Source of the DNA: Oikopleura dioica | Lineage: Eukaryota; Animalia; Chordata | Reading direction: 5' to 3' | Assembly: GCA_907165135.1 (NCBI GenBank) | Contig: OU015568.1 | Location: forward strand, 15,263,208-15,327,207 | DNA: 64,000 nt | Part shown: positions 16,461 through 28,099 of the stretch, in pieces | How the letters are laid out: each line of letters begins with the position of its first letter | Numbering within the stretch: position 1 is the stretch's first letter | Made by a program: the position numbers and the translations under genes | The notes under the pieces: generated by a model | What the model was told of the DNA's origin: nothing | The model's input: only the letters and a program-made list of their open reading frames with translations | Database searches by the model: none

Positions 16461-16490
16461 TTAAGTTCAGAAAATAATGGAATGAACCGT

Positions 16491-16797
16491 TGTTATGATA
16501 TAACTTATGTTTATGCAGCTGAGTGCCCAGGTTAGCCTGAGCATCTCGTTCCATCCTGACGATATGCCTCGTGCATAATTGATCAACCAATAAGAACCTG
16601 GATGGCTCGGGATGCAGCGTAGGATAGCCTGGGGGCTCAGCGATCAGTATATAAGGAAGACACCTTCCTTCAGATCAGTAACGTTCTCATTTCATACCAT
16701 GTGCAAGACATGAAATAAAACACAAAATACGTTATACCAAAATATGCGTTAGTTTTTATTGCAAGATTGATACACCATTGCAAGGCAGCGCATAACA
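16491..16797 (+). repeat. 5' LTR (307 bp)
   Basis: TGTTATG...CATAACA 7-bp terminal inverted repeat; direct repeat of 53546-53852 with no mismatch seen by eye. Confidence 0.97.
16587..16719 (+). promoter_or_regulatory. LTR promoter and polyadenylation signal
   Basis: CCAAT 16587-91, TATATAA 16648-54, Inr-like TCAGT 16675-79, AATAAA 16714-19; the same layout recurs in the 3' LTR. Confidence 0.7.
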
Positions 16798-16798
16798 T

Positions 16799-16811
16799 TG
16801 GTGTCAGAAGT
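16799..16811 (+). other. Primer binding site complementary to tRNA-Leu 3' end
   Basis: TGGTGTCAGAAGT 1 nt after the LTR; reverse complement of ACTTCTGACACCA, the 3' end of metazoan tRNA-Leu(CAA). Confidence 0.85.
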
Positions 16812-16899
16812 ATAAACAAACCCAGCGCCAGGTATGAATTTTAGGAAAATATTAAGAAAGGTAAAAATATTTATGAATCTTCACGCTGGTAGCTTAGAA

Positions 16900-17700
16900 G
16901 AAACATAACAATTCATCAAAACGCGGTAAGTCTTTGAAAAACCATCAAAATTTTATGATTTTCTAAAGTGAACCTGCGTGTAGGATTTCTTTATAATTCA
17001 TAAAAGCGGAAAAGAGACTCTAAAAATAATGAAAGCTAAATGAAAAATTTATAAACCCCCACACGTGTAAGCTCAGAATAAACATTTAAATTTATAAAAG
17101 CACTAGAAGTCTTTGAAACACCATCAAAATTTTATGATTTTCGAAAGCGAGCATGCCTGGGGGATTATTTATTATTCATCTAGATGCAAGCTAGAAACTC
17201 TGAAATAGGAATTAAAATTCATAGACTTGCAAGGCTTTTGAAATAATGAAACATGAGAAGGAATACGCGCTGCGAAAGTTCAAAAGAGACGTTAACTCAG
17301 TCTCTTCTCGAGCGGATACGCGCTAAGTCGTATTCATAATTCATCAAAAACTGAGCAAAACGTCTGAAGAAACAATTAGAATTCATTAACGGGCAGACTC
17401 AAAGAAGTTATGAAACTTTCAAAGGAATAAATAATTTGATACTTCAGAAGAAACTTATAATTCAGTCTCTTTGAGAACAACGATACCTGAAGGTTTATTC
17501 ATTATTCATAAAAACGCAGAGAAGAGACTCTGAAATGGATAATTCATATGAATAGACTGTTGATGTTCAAAGAAATAATGAAAATTCCAAAGGAAGAAAG
17601 AATCTCAAACTACAAAAGAATCTCTAATTTCGTCTCTTTCAGATCCAGCATGATGAGAATATTCTATTAAAGAAAAACCCGCGAAGCGCGGCGCGCCAAA
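16900..17700 (+). repeat. Degenerate ~150-190 bp direct repeats in the element 5' leader
   Basis: gtctttgaaa(a/c)accatcaaaattttatgatttt near 16930 and 17110; recurring (g)agactct(g/a)aa motifs. Confidence 0.55.
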
Positions 17701-18993
17701 AGCGCTCAGTAATTTATGATCTTCAAAGAGATCAAGCTTTTCGGAAAATTAAAAATTCAGGAGAAGCGCGAGACGGTGCGCTTAGATTTTACGAATAATT
17801 TCTGGAGCAACCAGGCTGTCAGAATATGAATAGTTAATAGAAAACACGTGGAAAAATGCTCTCAAAAATATCAATTATTAAAAGGATTCCTCAGAAGTTG
17901 AGCCTGAAGATACCGTTTAATATTCATGATTCCGCGAAAACGGAAAACGGAAATCCACTTTCGTCATTTCACAAAAACCCAGCTTGGGGAAGGCAGAAGA
18001 AAAAAGAAGAAGTGGAAGTGAAGAAACCAATGCTGGCGGAGAAATTGATGAATCTTTGCTTACCGATCGCCCCGTTTCTTTTTGTTACACATTTTGTAGC
18101 CTAGACTTAATAAGCCAGAGAAGTAAGAATCAATGTTTTTTAAAATCCTAAGAGAAAAAGGTTGGGAAAAAATCATTTTAGGAAAAGCCCGCAGAATAAC
18201 ACAAAACCGATTATCAAAAAGAATCAAGATCTTTATAGAAGAAAAATACGGTAGGAGAAAGGTGAAACCTTATTCAAATTTTCTGAGGCTCCCTTAATCA
18301 AAAAATTTTTTTGATCGTCTCTTTTGAAAAGGAAAACTCAAAAATATGCCTTATTTAAAAATAACTCAAGGGAAAGAAACGTTTTTCTACGTTCCCTTTA
18401 AACAGAAGGCTATTATTAGCGAAAAAGAGTCAATTTACGATGAACCCAATTAATTTCACCCATGCTTTAAAAAATTTTTAACCTTCCCCTCTTCGCCCGT
18501 CTTAATGAAAGTCTACACTTTATTGACAAGGAAAGAATTTTCACGCGAAAATACGTTTACCCCGTTTTAAGAGTTACAACACCGATTTTTTCATTTTTTC
18601 TGCGAAAGTTAAGGTACCTTCCGCTCATAATAAAGATCTGATTATTCGCCCAGTTTAAGATGAAATCTTAAATAATTTATGGCTAAAGATCACCTTTATT
18701 ATTTTTTCGACACAATTTTTCGCTCAGCCCACCAAAAATAATTGTTCTTGATCAAAGACACATTATTCCGAGACGTCTTTCAACGTTTCCGACACGATGG
18801 TGGAAGAAGCGAAAATGATTGACAGCGGAAGAACAAAAGGCACCGGAAAATCACAACGAATTTTTATTATTCTGAGCGGTGTGAGCCGCTTCGGAAAAAT
18901 TAAAAATTCAAAGAGGCCGGTGGCCAAGTTTTCATAATTAATGAAGTAACCAAGTTGCGTGACAATGTATTCTGAAGCCAATTAAAGTGTACA

Positions 18994-19326
18994 CTATAAA
19001 TACAGCACTGGGAGGTGGAAAAGGATAACGAAGAGCAAGATCATAAGTGTAGCTCTGAAAAAAAGTCGAAAAATAAACGGCAATTCTATCGTCAATTTAC
19101 AATCAAGGATGAAGAAGCAAGCAACGACCAAGCAAATAAACACGATAAACTCCTCTGCTAACAAAAATCGCATCAAAGCTACGCTGGTCCTAGATTCAGC
19201 GCTAGGCCCGAAGCAACTAGCGTGCCCCTTCCACCAATTGAATGGGTCAAAGTTAAGGTAGAGTAAAAATTTTATTTCGGGATGAAAAAGCGCATATGTC
19301 ATGGTCCAAAATATTTTTCTTCTCAC
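18994..19326 (-). CDS. Possible antisense hydrophobic (membrane) ORF inside the element
   Basis: 110-aa ORF with two hydrophobic segments; no homology recognised. Confidence 0.3.
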   Translation of the reverse strand: MRRKIFWTMTYALFHPEIKFLLYLNFDPFNWWKGHASCFGPSAESRTSVALMRFLLAEEFIVFICLVVACFFILDCKLTIELPFIFRLFFRATLMILLFVILFHLPVLYL

Positions 19327-20774
19327 TAATCATACAAATATTTTTGCGGATGACAGGTCAGGCTGGCCCACTTTTCCGACATTTTTCGGCACACCCGATT
19401 TCTTGCGCTTATCTGAAAGAAAAATTTGGCTGAGTATCTTAGGCTTTCAACCGACCCTTTGAGATTTTCGGAAAGTATTTTTATCTGCCCTTGAAATTAT
19501 AAAAAAGGGGCCTAAATTTTTCGGAAATTTCGATGTTCTGGCGGGGAAAAATCTTGAGTTAACTGACCATTATTTTTGTCACATTTCTTTCCTAGAAAAA
19601 GGCCGCTTCCGCTTTTTCTTATAATAGCGCGCCGCGTCAAAAGCGTAATTATGTATCGGCCCTATTATGATAATTCGATATTCTCGTAAAAAGAAACAAT
19701 TTCGAGTTAATTTCCCCTTCCCTATGTGCCCAAAGAACGGAAAATTATACGTTAATTTTGGTAACACCGACTCTTCGGAGGGAAAAATCATCGGTAAATA
19801 GAAGTCAATGTGGTCTTAAGCTTGCCCGATCCTTGTAGCAAATTTTGTTATAAGCAGCAAAATTGTTATAAGCGACCCCAAAAAGCAAGCTTAAAATTTT
19901 CGAAGGAAAGTCATGATTTTGATTCAGATTGTTTTTCTTGAAAATAAATAGAGGCTTACTAACAGACCCATCGGAAGTGACGAATTTTCTCCTCCCCTTC
20001 GTTATAAAACGTCTCTTTTAGAAATCTCAGAGGATTGATAATTCTCATATAAACCTAGGTTGACTTCATTAAAGCCAATTTTTCAATTTTTCACTAAGTG
20101 AAGCGTCTCTTTCGATGCCGAAATAGGGTTATTTAGGTCGTTAGAATATAGTTTGAGTTTAATTCTTTGAAGAAAATTTTTTTCTTAACAAAAATAAACG
20201 AATGTTTGCATGACAAACAACCTAGAATAATGAAAATAAAAAAAAAAGCCCCTCTTAATTGGAAATTCAAGCTACAGTATTAATTCAAGAGAAACATCAT
20301 GTTCGCCGGCTTTGATTTTTTGTCGATCAAACCCCTTCATTTTCTCATTGAGAATCATTAAATGACACTCTACCGACCGTCGTAAATCAATTTGTTCACA
20401 ACTGTTTATAATTAAAAGAACACGTGCGGAAATCTGCTTGGTAGCTTATAACAACGGCAAAGGCCAAGTAAAAGCTTAATTATTTTTTGAATTTTTAATT
20501 TTTATTACAACAAAAATGATTAAGACAGTAGAATTACGGTTGAAAGAAGGATAAGCGAAAGGAAAATAATTGCGTACAAGATCATCGAGGCGGAAAATTT
20601 TATGCACCAAATTCTACAAAATAATTTCAAAACGGGCGGTAAATTAGAAAAAGATAAAGTTTATTTTTTGGTTGATAAACATTTTAAGAAAAATAGAAGG
20701 AAACAAATTCTGGCGTCTAGAAAAAATTGTGCATCAGTCGAGAGCGGGAAATTCTGAAAAAAGGGGCGCAAAAA

Positions 20775-21517
20775 TTACGCAGACTCGAAACCGGAGTCAT
20801 AGGACTCTAAGAAAAACGCTGGTTCAAAGATAATTTGATGCAAGTTGTCGAAGACAAAATCCACAAACGGATTCGGGTGCGGGTCAACTTCCATCAGGTC
20901 GTCTTCTTCGGGCTGATTTGCTGCAGCAGATTCATCGTCTGTCTGCTCGTCTTCTTCTGAAGAATCGGGAGGGAGCGGAATAGAAGCAGCAGGCTTAATT
21001 TAAAAGTTATTTTACAAAATAACTAATAATATTTAATGATTAATCATAACAAACGAAAAAAAGAAAACACCGAAGTAAAACTTACAATTAGAGTCACTGG
21101 AACGTCGGCGAAGAAGTGAGCGGGAATACCATTAAAATCAAAAGTCGCGTAGCGGTTGAGGTATTTGTCAACTTCTGGCTTCATGGCAAGGGGAAGAGAC
21201 GAAAGGCGAAGCCAAATGGAACCGCGCCGTCTTTCGTAGACGTTTGCAAGAGTCCGTCCGAAATCGGGCTTGCTATTCTGGGAAGGAATTGCGAGCTGAA
21301 ACAGGCCGAAGAGCTGAAGATTCATCCCCAAGATGTGCTCGCTTCTCGAAATCTGTTTCACGTAGTGTCGATAAGTCGGGCAGTCTCTTTCAGATGAATC
21401 CAACTCGTTATAGCCACGGGAATCAAAAATGCAGGGCCGCTTGCGAGGCAGATCATCTCGGGAACCATACGAAATCGTAGGTCCGTCGTCTCTTTTACGT
21501 TTTAAAAAGCGGCGCAT
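20775..21517 (-). CDS. Antisense 2-exon element gene (216 aa): basic NLS, acidic tail, C-terminal DSGFES motif
   Basis: Exon 1 21517-21086; 92-bp intron GTAAGT...TTAAG (21085-20994); exon 2 20993-20775 stays in frame to TAA and ends YDSGFESA. Confidence 0.65.
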
Positions 21518-23039
21518 TTTTTTTTTGGGTTGCGAAAGAAACTTTTTATTTGATAAGAATCGTTTGTAATCTGTGGTAAAACGAACATCCCGTCGAGTTT
21601 TTACAGAAAGTTATTAAAAATGAATGCATTTAAAACAATAAAAGTTCCAAGAAAACGAACGAGGAATGATCAAAAGCGGCGCGCGCTTCAGAATTTTTTG
21701 GAACGCTAGAATAATCGCATCCCCCAGCCAGCGAACCTTCACATGATCAAACCATGATTCGATAATTGACACGTAAAATAGGGCGGCCAAAGCCTTTTAT
21801 TTGTTTGAATGATAAGGAAGAAGTATCGTAAAATTTAACGCACTCAGAATTTTTGAATTTTTAAAATCAAACTAAGGATAAAGTAGTCCTAAAGACAAAT
21901 TAAAGATATAAAAGAAACATCATTCAAAGTATAAATGCCTCTTTTGATAAGGTAAATGGAATACAATCTGTCTGGGAAAAAATTTTTTATTAACAATACC
22001 CTCCTTTAGACGAAGTTACCCCAAACTCACGTGAAAACTAAAAATCTATTGGATCATTTTAATTTCATTTTTAACCGAAATGAGCGTATTTAAAGAACCC
22101 AACAAAATTGTTTCTTTTGATGCAAGAAAGCGATAAGCGCGGAATTTCAAAAAGCCCAAAAGAATAACTTAATATCTTCCGAATAAGCAAATAATTAATG
22201 GATGCCCGTTATTGCCAGTTCTTAAAAACGTAACTGCGACTGCCAAGCGATTACGAGGATTTGCAGCGGCAAGTTGCCGTCGCCGCTGTTTTACCAGAAA
22301 GTTTCGAACTCCCGCCGCTAGAATTAATGCTTTTGTTAATAAGAAGAAGCGCCAAGAAGAGACTATATTTTTAGCAAGAATTACAAATGTCTGACAATTT
22401 TTATTGGAAACGGTGCTTATTTAAAGAAAGAAAATACTCTTCCAAAAATCCGCGCGCTTCGACCGAAAACTTCCTTGCCCACCATTTTGTCTTTCATCAG
22501 AAATTCTTCCTGATTATTTTCAAATAGAAGATTTAGAGTTTATAAAATTAAGCGCATTAGTAAATTGCCGGAAGAGACGGAATTTCCTAAATAACCAGTT
22601 ACAATTGATGGTACGGAAGGCGCAGGTGCAACCCGGGGATCGGCTGCAATCGAAGGTTTACTGTTATCATTTATTCAACAATCGCGGTCACGTGGCGAAC
22701 GCCAAACAGGTGTCAGATAAGGACAATAAATGAAAAGGGCAAGCGATTTATTGGACCCTCAGCAAACTGCTTTACCGAACAATTATCTCCCCTCTTACAA
22801 AATATCAAAGAAACCTCCGGGACTTCAACAAAAGAAGGTGCAATTTTTGTCGGGACATTCAACTTTGATCGGATTAAATCAAAACTGCCTACGATAGGGA
22901 TGTTCGAATAGCTCGCTTTACCTAGCGTAGCCTCATATAACTTAGAACGAGGACTTAAAAGGAACAATTATTAAAAATCATCGGCCTCGGACTTCGCTTT
23001 ATTGGAGAAGCGTCTAATATTAAAGTAGAAAAAGTCAGA

Positions 23040-24000
23040 ACTCATACCGAGTTTTTAAGATAAATTTTTGAAGTCAAACTAAGGTCAATAGAACTTATTA
23101 AAGGAGTTTATTTTATAAAAGAAACATTTATCTAGGTTTAAAGGTTTTTTCAAGATATAGACTTCAAACAAAGGCAAGGAAAACTTTAATTTTAATTTTG
23201 AGTTTTGTCATCCTTGACGGGAAAGCGACTATTTTTAAAGGCAAATCAAGTCTAAAAGGCTTGATTGACACGTTCAACACATAAAGTGAACGTTTCGATA
23301 ATCCAAAATGGTTCTTTCAAGAATTCGAACCCCGAAGAAAAAGCAGAGTAGAATTTTAAAATAAATTCTAGTTTTGTCGTTTTAGACGAGAAAGCCATTA
23401 TTTTTAAAATCAAACTACGCACCAGATAGCTCGTCTAACAAATTCAACAGGAGAAAGAAACGTTACCAGAAGGAAAAATGCTTCTTTCGAAAGAACAAAC
23501 TCTGAAGTAAAACAAGAAGGAATTTTTAAAATAAATTTAAATTTTTCAAAAACTCGATAGGGAAAATGTGATTTTTAAAGTCAAACTAAATTACATCGGT
23601 TTTGTTTAACAAGTTTATCATACAAAAGGAATGATATTATGACGATAAATGCTTCTTTTGAGATATTTACTCCGAAGAAGAAGCAGGGGAAATTTTAAAA
23701 TTCATTAAAGGTTTGTTCCCTTAAAATAGGAAATTTCTGATTTTTTGAACTCAAACTTAAGTCGAAACAATCTTGTTGACATATTTGAATCTTTAAAGAA
23801 ACAAGATCTGAATCATTGATGTCTATTTTCAGAAAATCGACATGGATAAGGCCAGGAGAGAATCATTAAATTCTGGTCTCTATTTAGTCTCTTCTTCGAT
23901 AATGCCTCTTCTGCGGCATATAAGGAAAGAAACAACAATTATTTTCAAAAAGGAACTCAAACTCGGATATACGGACAAATCAATTTTTATTCTCACAATG
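23040..24000 (+). repeat. Degenerate ~170-bp tandem repeat (5-6 units)
   Basis: Core tttt(a/g)aa(g/a/c)tcaaact recurs near 23073, 23240, 23409, 23580, 23750, 23956, each with an aattttaaaat(a/t) co-motif. Confidence 0.6.
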
Positions 24001-24116
24001 ATCGAATGGTTCTAAAAAGAAATATCTACAGTGATATTTTCAATTACAAGAGACAATTGACGAATGAATTACCAGAAATCAACGTTTCTTTACAGTAAAG
24101 AAAACCGCGAAAATTA

Positions 24117-24446
24117 CTAATAATAATGAAAATCGTCCTTTTTCGTTGATTTACGGACGCGGGTGGACCGGCGAAGCGGGGGCTGCACAGGATTTCGCGC
24201 AGCTGGTTGTGAGGCTGTTTCGGAAGCAGCTGGTTGCGTGGCCGGGCGTGCAATCGCCGACGTGGTAGTAGTAGTTGTCGTTGTCGAAGCCGAAATTCCC
24301 AATCGTCTTTCCCAAGGAAATGGCGGTAGAGTTTGGAATTTTCTCCAGCGACGCTCTGAGCGACGATCTAGCTTCTTGCAGAGCTTTTTCAGATCCAAGA
24401 TACGACGCATTCTCTTCGAAACTTTCTGATCAGGGCTAGTGACCAT
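24117..24446 (-). CDS. Antisense 109-aa basic protein ending RRSTRVRKSTKKDDFHYY
   Basis: GC-richer island in an AT-rich region; C-terminal motif shared with 25672-26175. Confidence 0.6.
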   Translation of the reverse strand: MVTSPDQKVSKRMRRILDLKKLCKKLDRRSERRWRKFQTLPPFPWERRLGISASTTTTTTTTSAIARPATQPAASETASQPAARNPVQPPLRRSTRVRKSTKKDDFHYY

Positions 24447-25042
24447 TTTTCGTAGGTGCTTCGAGACCTTTTGTCTCCTTTTCGAGCAAAAGCCTTCATT
24501 ATCAAAATGCAGTAAAAATCACGAAACTTAAATTGAACCAAATAAGTTCGAAGGATAATTTTTTCGAATCGTTGTCGATTATAAGTAGCGATAATCTTGC
24601 CCCACCACTCGTTACTGCCAGTATAAACGGCAACTAAAAACAGACTCGGGAAAAGGGCCAGCTGGCCAGGTAGCACGAACATGAAAGAAGTAGGAGCCTT
24701 CCGATTCATGTTAAAACCGCGGTAAATAAGAATACTCGCTGCGGGTTCGTGAAATTAGTGTTTAAAATTATAAGATCAAAAGAATCGTATTTCTAACATT
24801 TGGGAATTACACATTTTCCTCTAATGCTAGGTAAGCTTTATTCTAGCTTCCTCAAAGTAAATTCCTCTTCATAACCTTAAAAACACCCTCTAGAAAGAAA
24901 AAATTTTTATAATAATCAAACACTAAATCTTTTGATGAAAGAAAAGAGGCGAAAAAGACCAATAAAATTTGCTCATTTTCAAAGGAAACTTCCATTAAAT
25001 GAGAGGGTAAGGTTTTTTCTGTCAAAAAAAAATGAATATTTC

Positions 25043-25230
25043 CAAAGAAGATCTTTTCAGTTCACAAAAACGGCACTTTTTACAAAAGGAGAACTTCTCC
25101 CCTTCACAAAATCGGCATTTTTTGTAAAGGAGAACTTCTCCCCTTCACAAAATCGGCATTTTTTACAAAAGGAGAACTTCTCCCCTACACAAAATCAGCA
25201 TCTTTACCAAAGGAGAATTTCTCCCGTTCA
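25043..25230. repeat. 41-42 bp tandem array carrying palindrome GGAGAA(C/T)TTCTCC
   Basis: Palindrome starts at 25088, 25129, 25171, 25212, plus one degenerate unit upstream. Confidence 0.85.
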
Positions 25231-25671
25231 TTTATGATTGCTTTCGGAAAATTGCGGCTCGCAATTACGAGGTTTTTGGCAAAAATCCCGAAAAAGAAAA
25301 ACCGCGTATTTGCAAGACCTGACTGTCATCTCTGCCCGGGATTAAACCCAGAATTTGAGCAAGATGAGACGAAAAAAACCAAGCTTTGAGGTTGACAATT
25401 TAAAGTATTTATTTTATAATAAGCAGCATTATATAAGGAGAAGAAATTTATAAATTTCATTTTATTGAAAGAAAGTAAAGTTGGTAATAAGAAATAGAGT
25501 CTGGGAAAATAAGGGAAAAAACGTGTTGAGTAATCCAAGTAATCATTTTATGGGAAAATATAAGAAAGTGCTACCTGACAGTTAGGTACAATAAAAATCA
25601 TTTTTTTCAGAATATCAAGGAAAGAATAAAGATATTTAAAGAAAAAAAAGAAAATTAACCGGTTAAGTGAT

Positions 25672-26175
25672 TCAATAATAAGCAAAATCGGGTTTTCTGG
25701 TGGATTTTCGGACGCGTTGAGATCGACGAATTGCAGGAACTTCAGGGAGCGTGTTGATAAAGCTGGCATTTGGCAGAGTAAAGACGTCATTCGTGTTGGT
25801 GTCCGGATCGATTTGACAAAAAAGGTCGGGGTCAGAAGAGGCGATAAGAGCGTCAAGGGCTGCATTAGTCGGAGATGAAGCGGCGGCGGGACGATTAGTG
25901 TCGACGTTTGTGGCAGAAGAGTGTGCAGCAACATGAGGGCCGCCGTAGTCATCCTCGAGGAAGAATTTATCAACGCCATCTTTCGTAATACAGCTCGCTA
26001 GTCCACGAGTGTAATCGTCGGTTGTGGCGGTTGCGAGCTCAAGAAACACGAGGCCGTCTTCATCGAAAACATCTCTTTCAATCTGGAGCTGTTCTCCTTC
26101 GCGTAGCGAAAGATTTCGCAGCATCTTCGTCAGTTTAACTGGCTTCAAGGCAGTTGTCTTACGAGCGATACCCAT
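25672..26175 (-). CDS. Antisense 167-aa acidic protein ending RRSQRVRKSTRKPDFAYY
   Basis: GC-richer island; C-terminal motif shared with 24117-24446. Confidence 0.65.
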   Translation of the reverse strand: MGIARKTTALKPVKLTKMLRNLSLREGEQLQIERDVFDEDGLVFLELATATTDDYTRGLASCITKDGVDKFFLEDDYGGPHVAAHSSATNVDTNRPAAASSPTNAALDALIASSDPDLFCQIDPDTNTNDVFTLPNASFINTLPEVPAIRRSQRVRKSTRKPDFAYY

Positions 26176-28099
26176 CTCGCAAAATTGTGGATGAAAAACA
26201 CACCAACCGGGGATTATAACTAGCTAGAAAATAGCGCCCGCGTTCCCCAGAAAAAGTCTACCGCCAAAACCAATAAAGAGTTTATTAGCCCAAAGATCAT
26301 CGGACCTAATAACAGTAATAAAAGAAAAGAGAGAAGAACACCTGGCATGATTATAACAATCAAGACAAATCATCTTTAGACCAGAATAAACGTCAGAAGA
26401 AACGATTTTTGTGGCAGATTGATCTGCATAAAATTAACAATGAAAACCTTCCTTCTAGCAGAAAAGGAACGATACCCCTAGAACCAAGGCGAATCTCTTT
26501 AAAATAGAAAAAGCATCCTTTGAAAAAAATAAAGCGCGGATAAACTTTCTTTACGCCAGTCTTCGCATCAATTTAAGCCCATATATAAATGAAAAGGGAC
26601 GTTTGCCCGCGAGTTACAGCCTCTTTACGACAATTAAAATATTTTTAAAAGACTCTTTAAAAGGAAAAAACGGACAGTCAAAGTGTTCCGCTGATAAGAA
26701 TGCTCCTCCCCCTTTAACAAGAAGACAGTCTTTTGTCGTTTAGTAATTAAGAATTCACCTAGTTACTTCTCTCAACAAGTTTAATTTCAATGATAGAAAT
26801 TAAATTTTCCTTAGCGCTAAGGAGTTATTAAAGAGTCAGAATGATCTGCTTGTTATTTATTAAGCTTATGAAGATTCCAAAAATCTCCCGGATCTGAATA
26901 TATTTCATCTTGACCACAAGATACGCATCTTTTATGGACGCGCGTATGCACTAGCGCTAGTTGAATTACTCAGCTAGAAAGAACATTTCGCAATTTCAGA
27001 GTTTATCTACCAAATTACATGTTTTCTGAAAGCTGGGAAAATTCTCTATTCAGTGACACCCATATCGATAGATCAAACCAACATTCTCAAATGCGAACTC
27101 CGCGCCGGAAGTCAAGAACACCTGCGCCTGAAAGGGGGAGTAAAGGATTAATCAGTGAAAAATCGGAGCGCAGTGGGACATCGTCGAAGAATCAATTCTA
27201 TTATCCCTGGGAAAAAGTAAGGGTGTCAACAACGATTGTCAGCAAATTTCTGACTCCGGTCGAGGTACCTAAAGGGAGCTGTTCAGAATTCTTTATATGT
27301 CAATGATTAGTTTGAATCCCTTCTGTGACGCCTCTCAAAGCCAAATCTTGGACTGGTAGTCTCTTTTTACCCCTCACCGAGTTCAAAAGAAGCCCATTTT
27401 TCACAAAAGACAAAAGAAATTTTTGACCCTTGTTGCAAGAACACTCGATGGAACGTAAACCTGTTATTTTAGTAGAAGAACCTTTAGACGAAACAACGTG
27501 AACGTGAATTGAACGTGAAATCTTCGAAATTATAATCCCCAAAAATTTATTGCTAAACATATTAACAGAAGAAATTAAATCGAAAGCATGCAGTAGAGAC
27601 GTTCATCACAGCGTTTATCAATGTTCGGATTAATAAAATCGCAAAAAATCGAACTGCATAGTAAAATGGAAAGAGTGACATAAAAGCCCCCCCTCCGCAT
27701 TAATTTTCCGGCAGGAGCGAGTTTGGGAATAACTTCTGTCTGAAGATCTTCTCCGGGGAAAAAAAACTCGAGGGAAATCAACAAGGAAAAACGATCTAAC
27801 CGAATATCCAAAAGAAAAAGGGTCCAGAATTCTGGGTCGCCACTTGCCAGATTTTCACGTTATAGGCCTATAGAATCTAATCCAGCAACAGTGACGCTCG
27901 GAAAACCGGTAAACACGAACATCGGTTCATTAGAAGAATTTTTATGGGACTCTTTTCATTGATGTTTGAATTGCTTGAAGAACCTAAACGGCCTCCCAAA
28001 GCGCCCAAAAATAGCCTCTTCCGTTACGAGTTCTATTTGAATATTAACCAATAGTTAATTCTCAACTTTCGAACAAAATAGGACCAGCTAAAGGAAACA

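Noticed and set aside
25043-25230. CRISPR array
   Set aside because: The units are contiguous tandem repeats without unique spacers, in a eukaryotic context with no cas genes.
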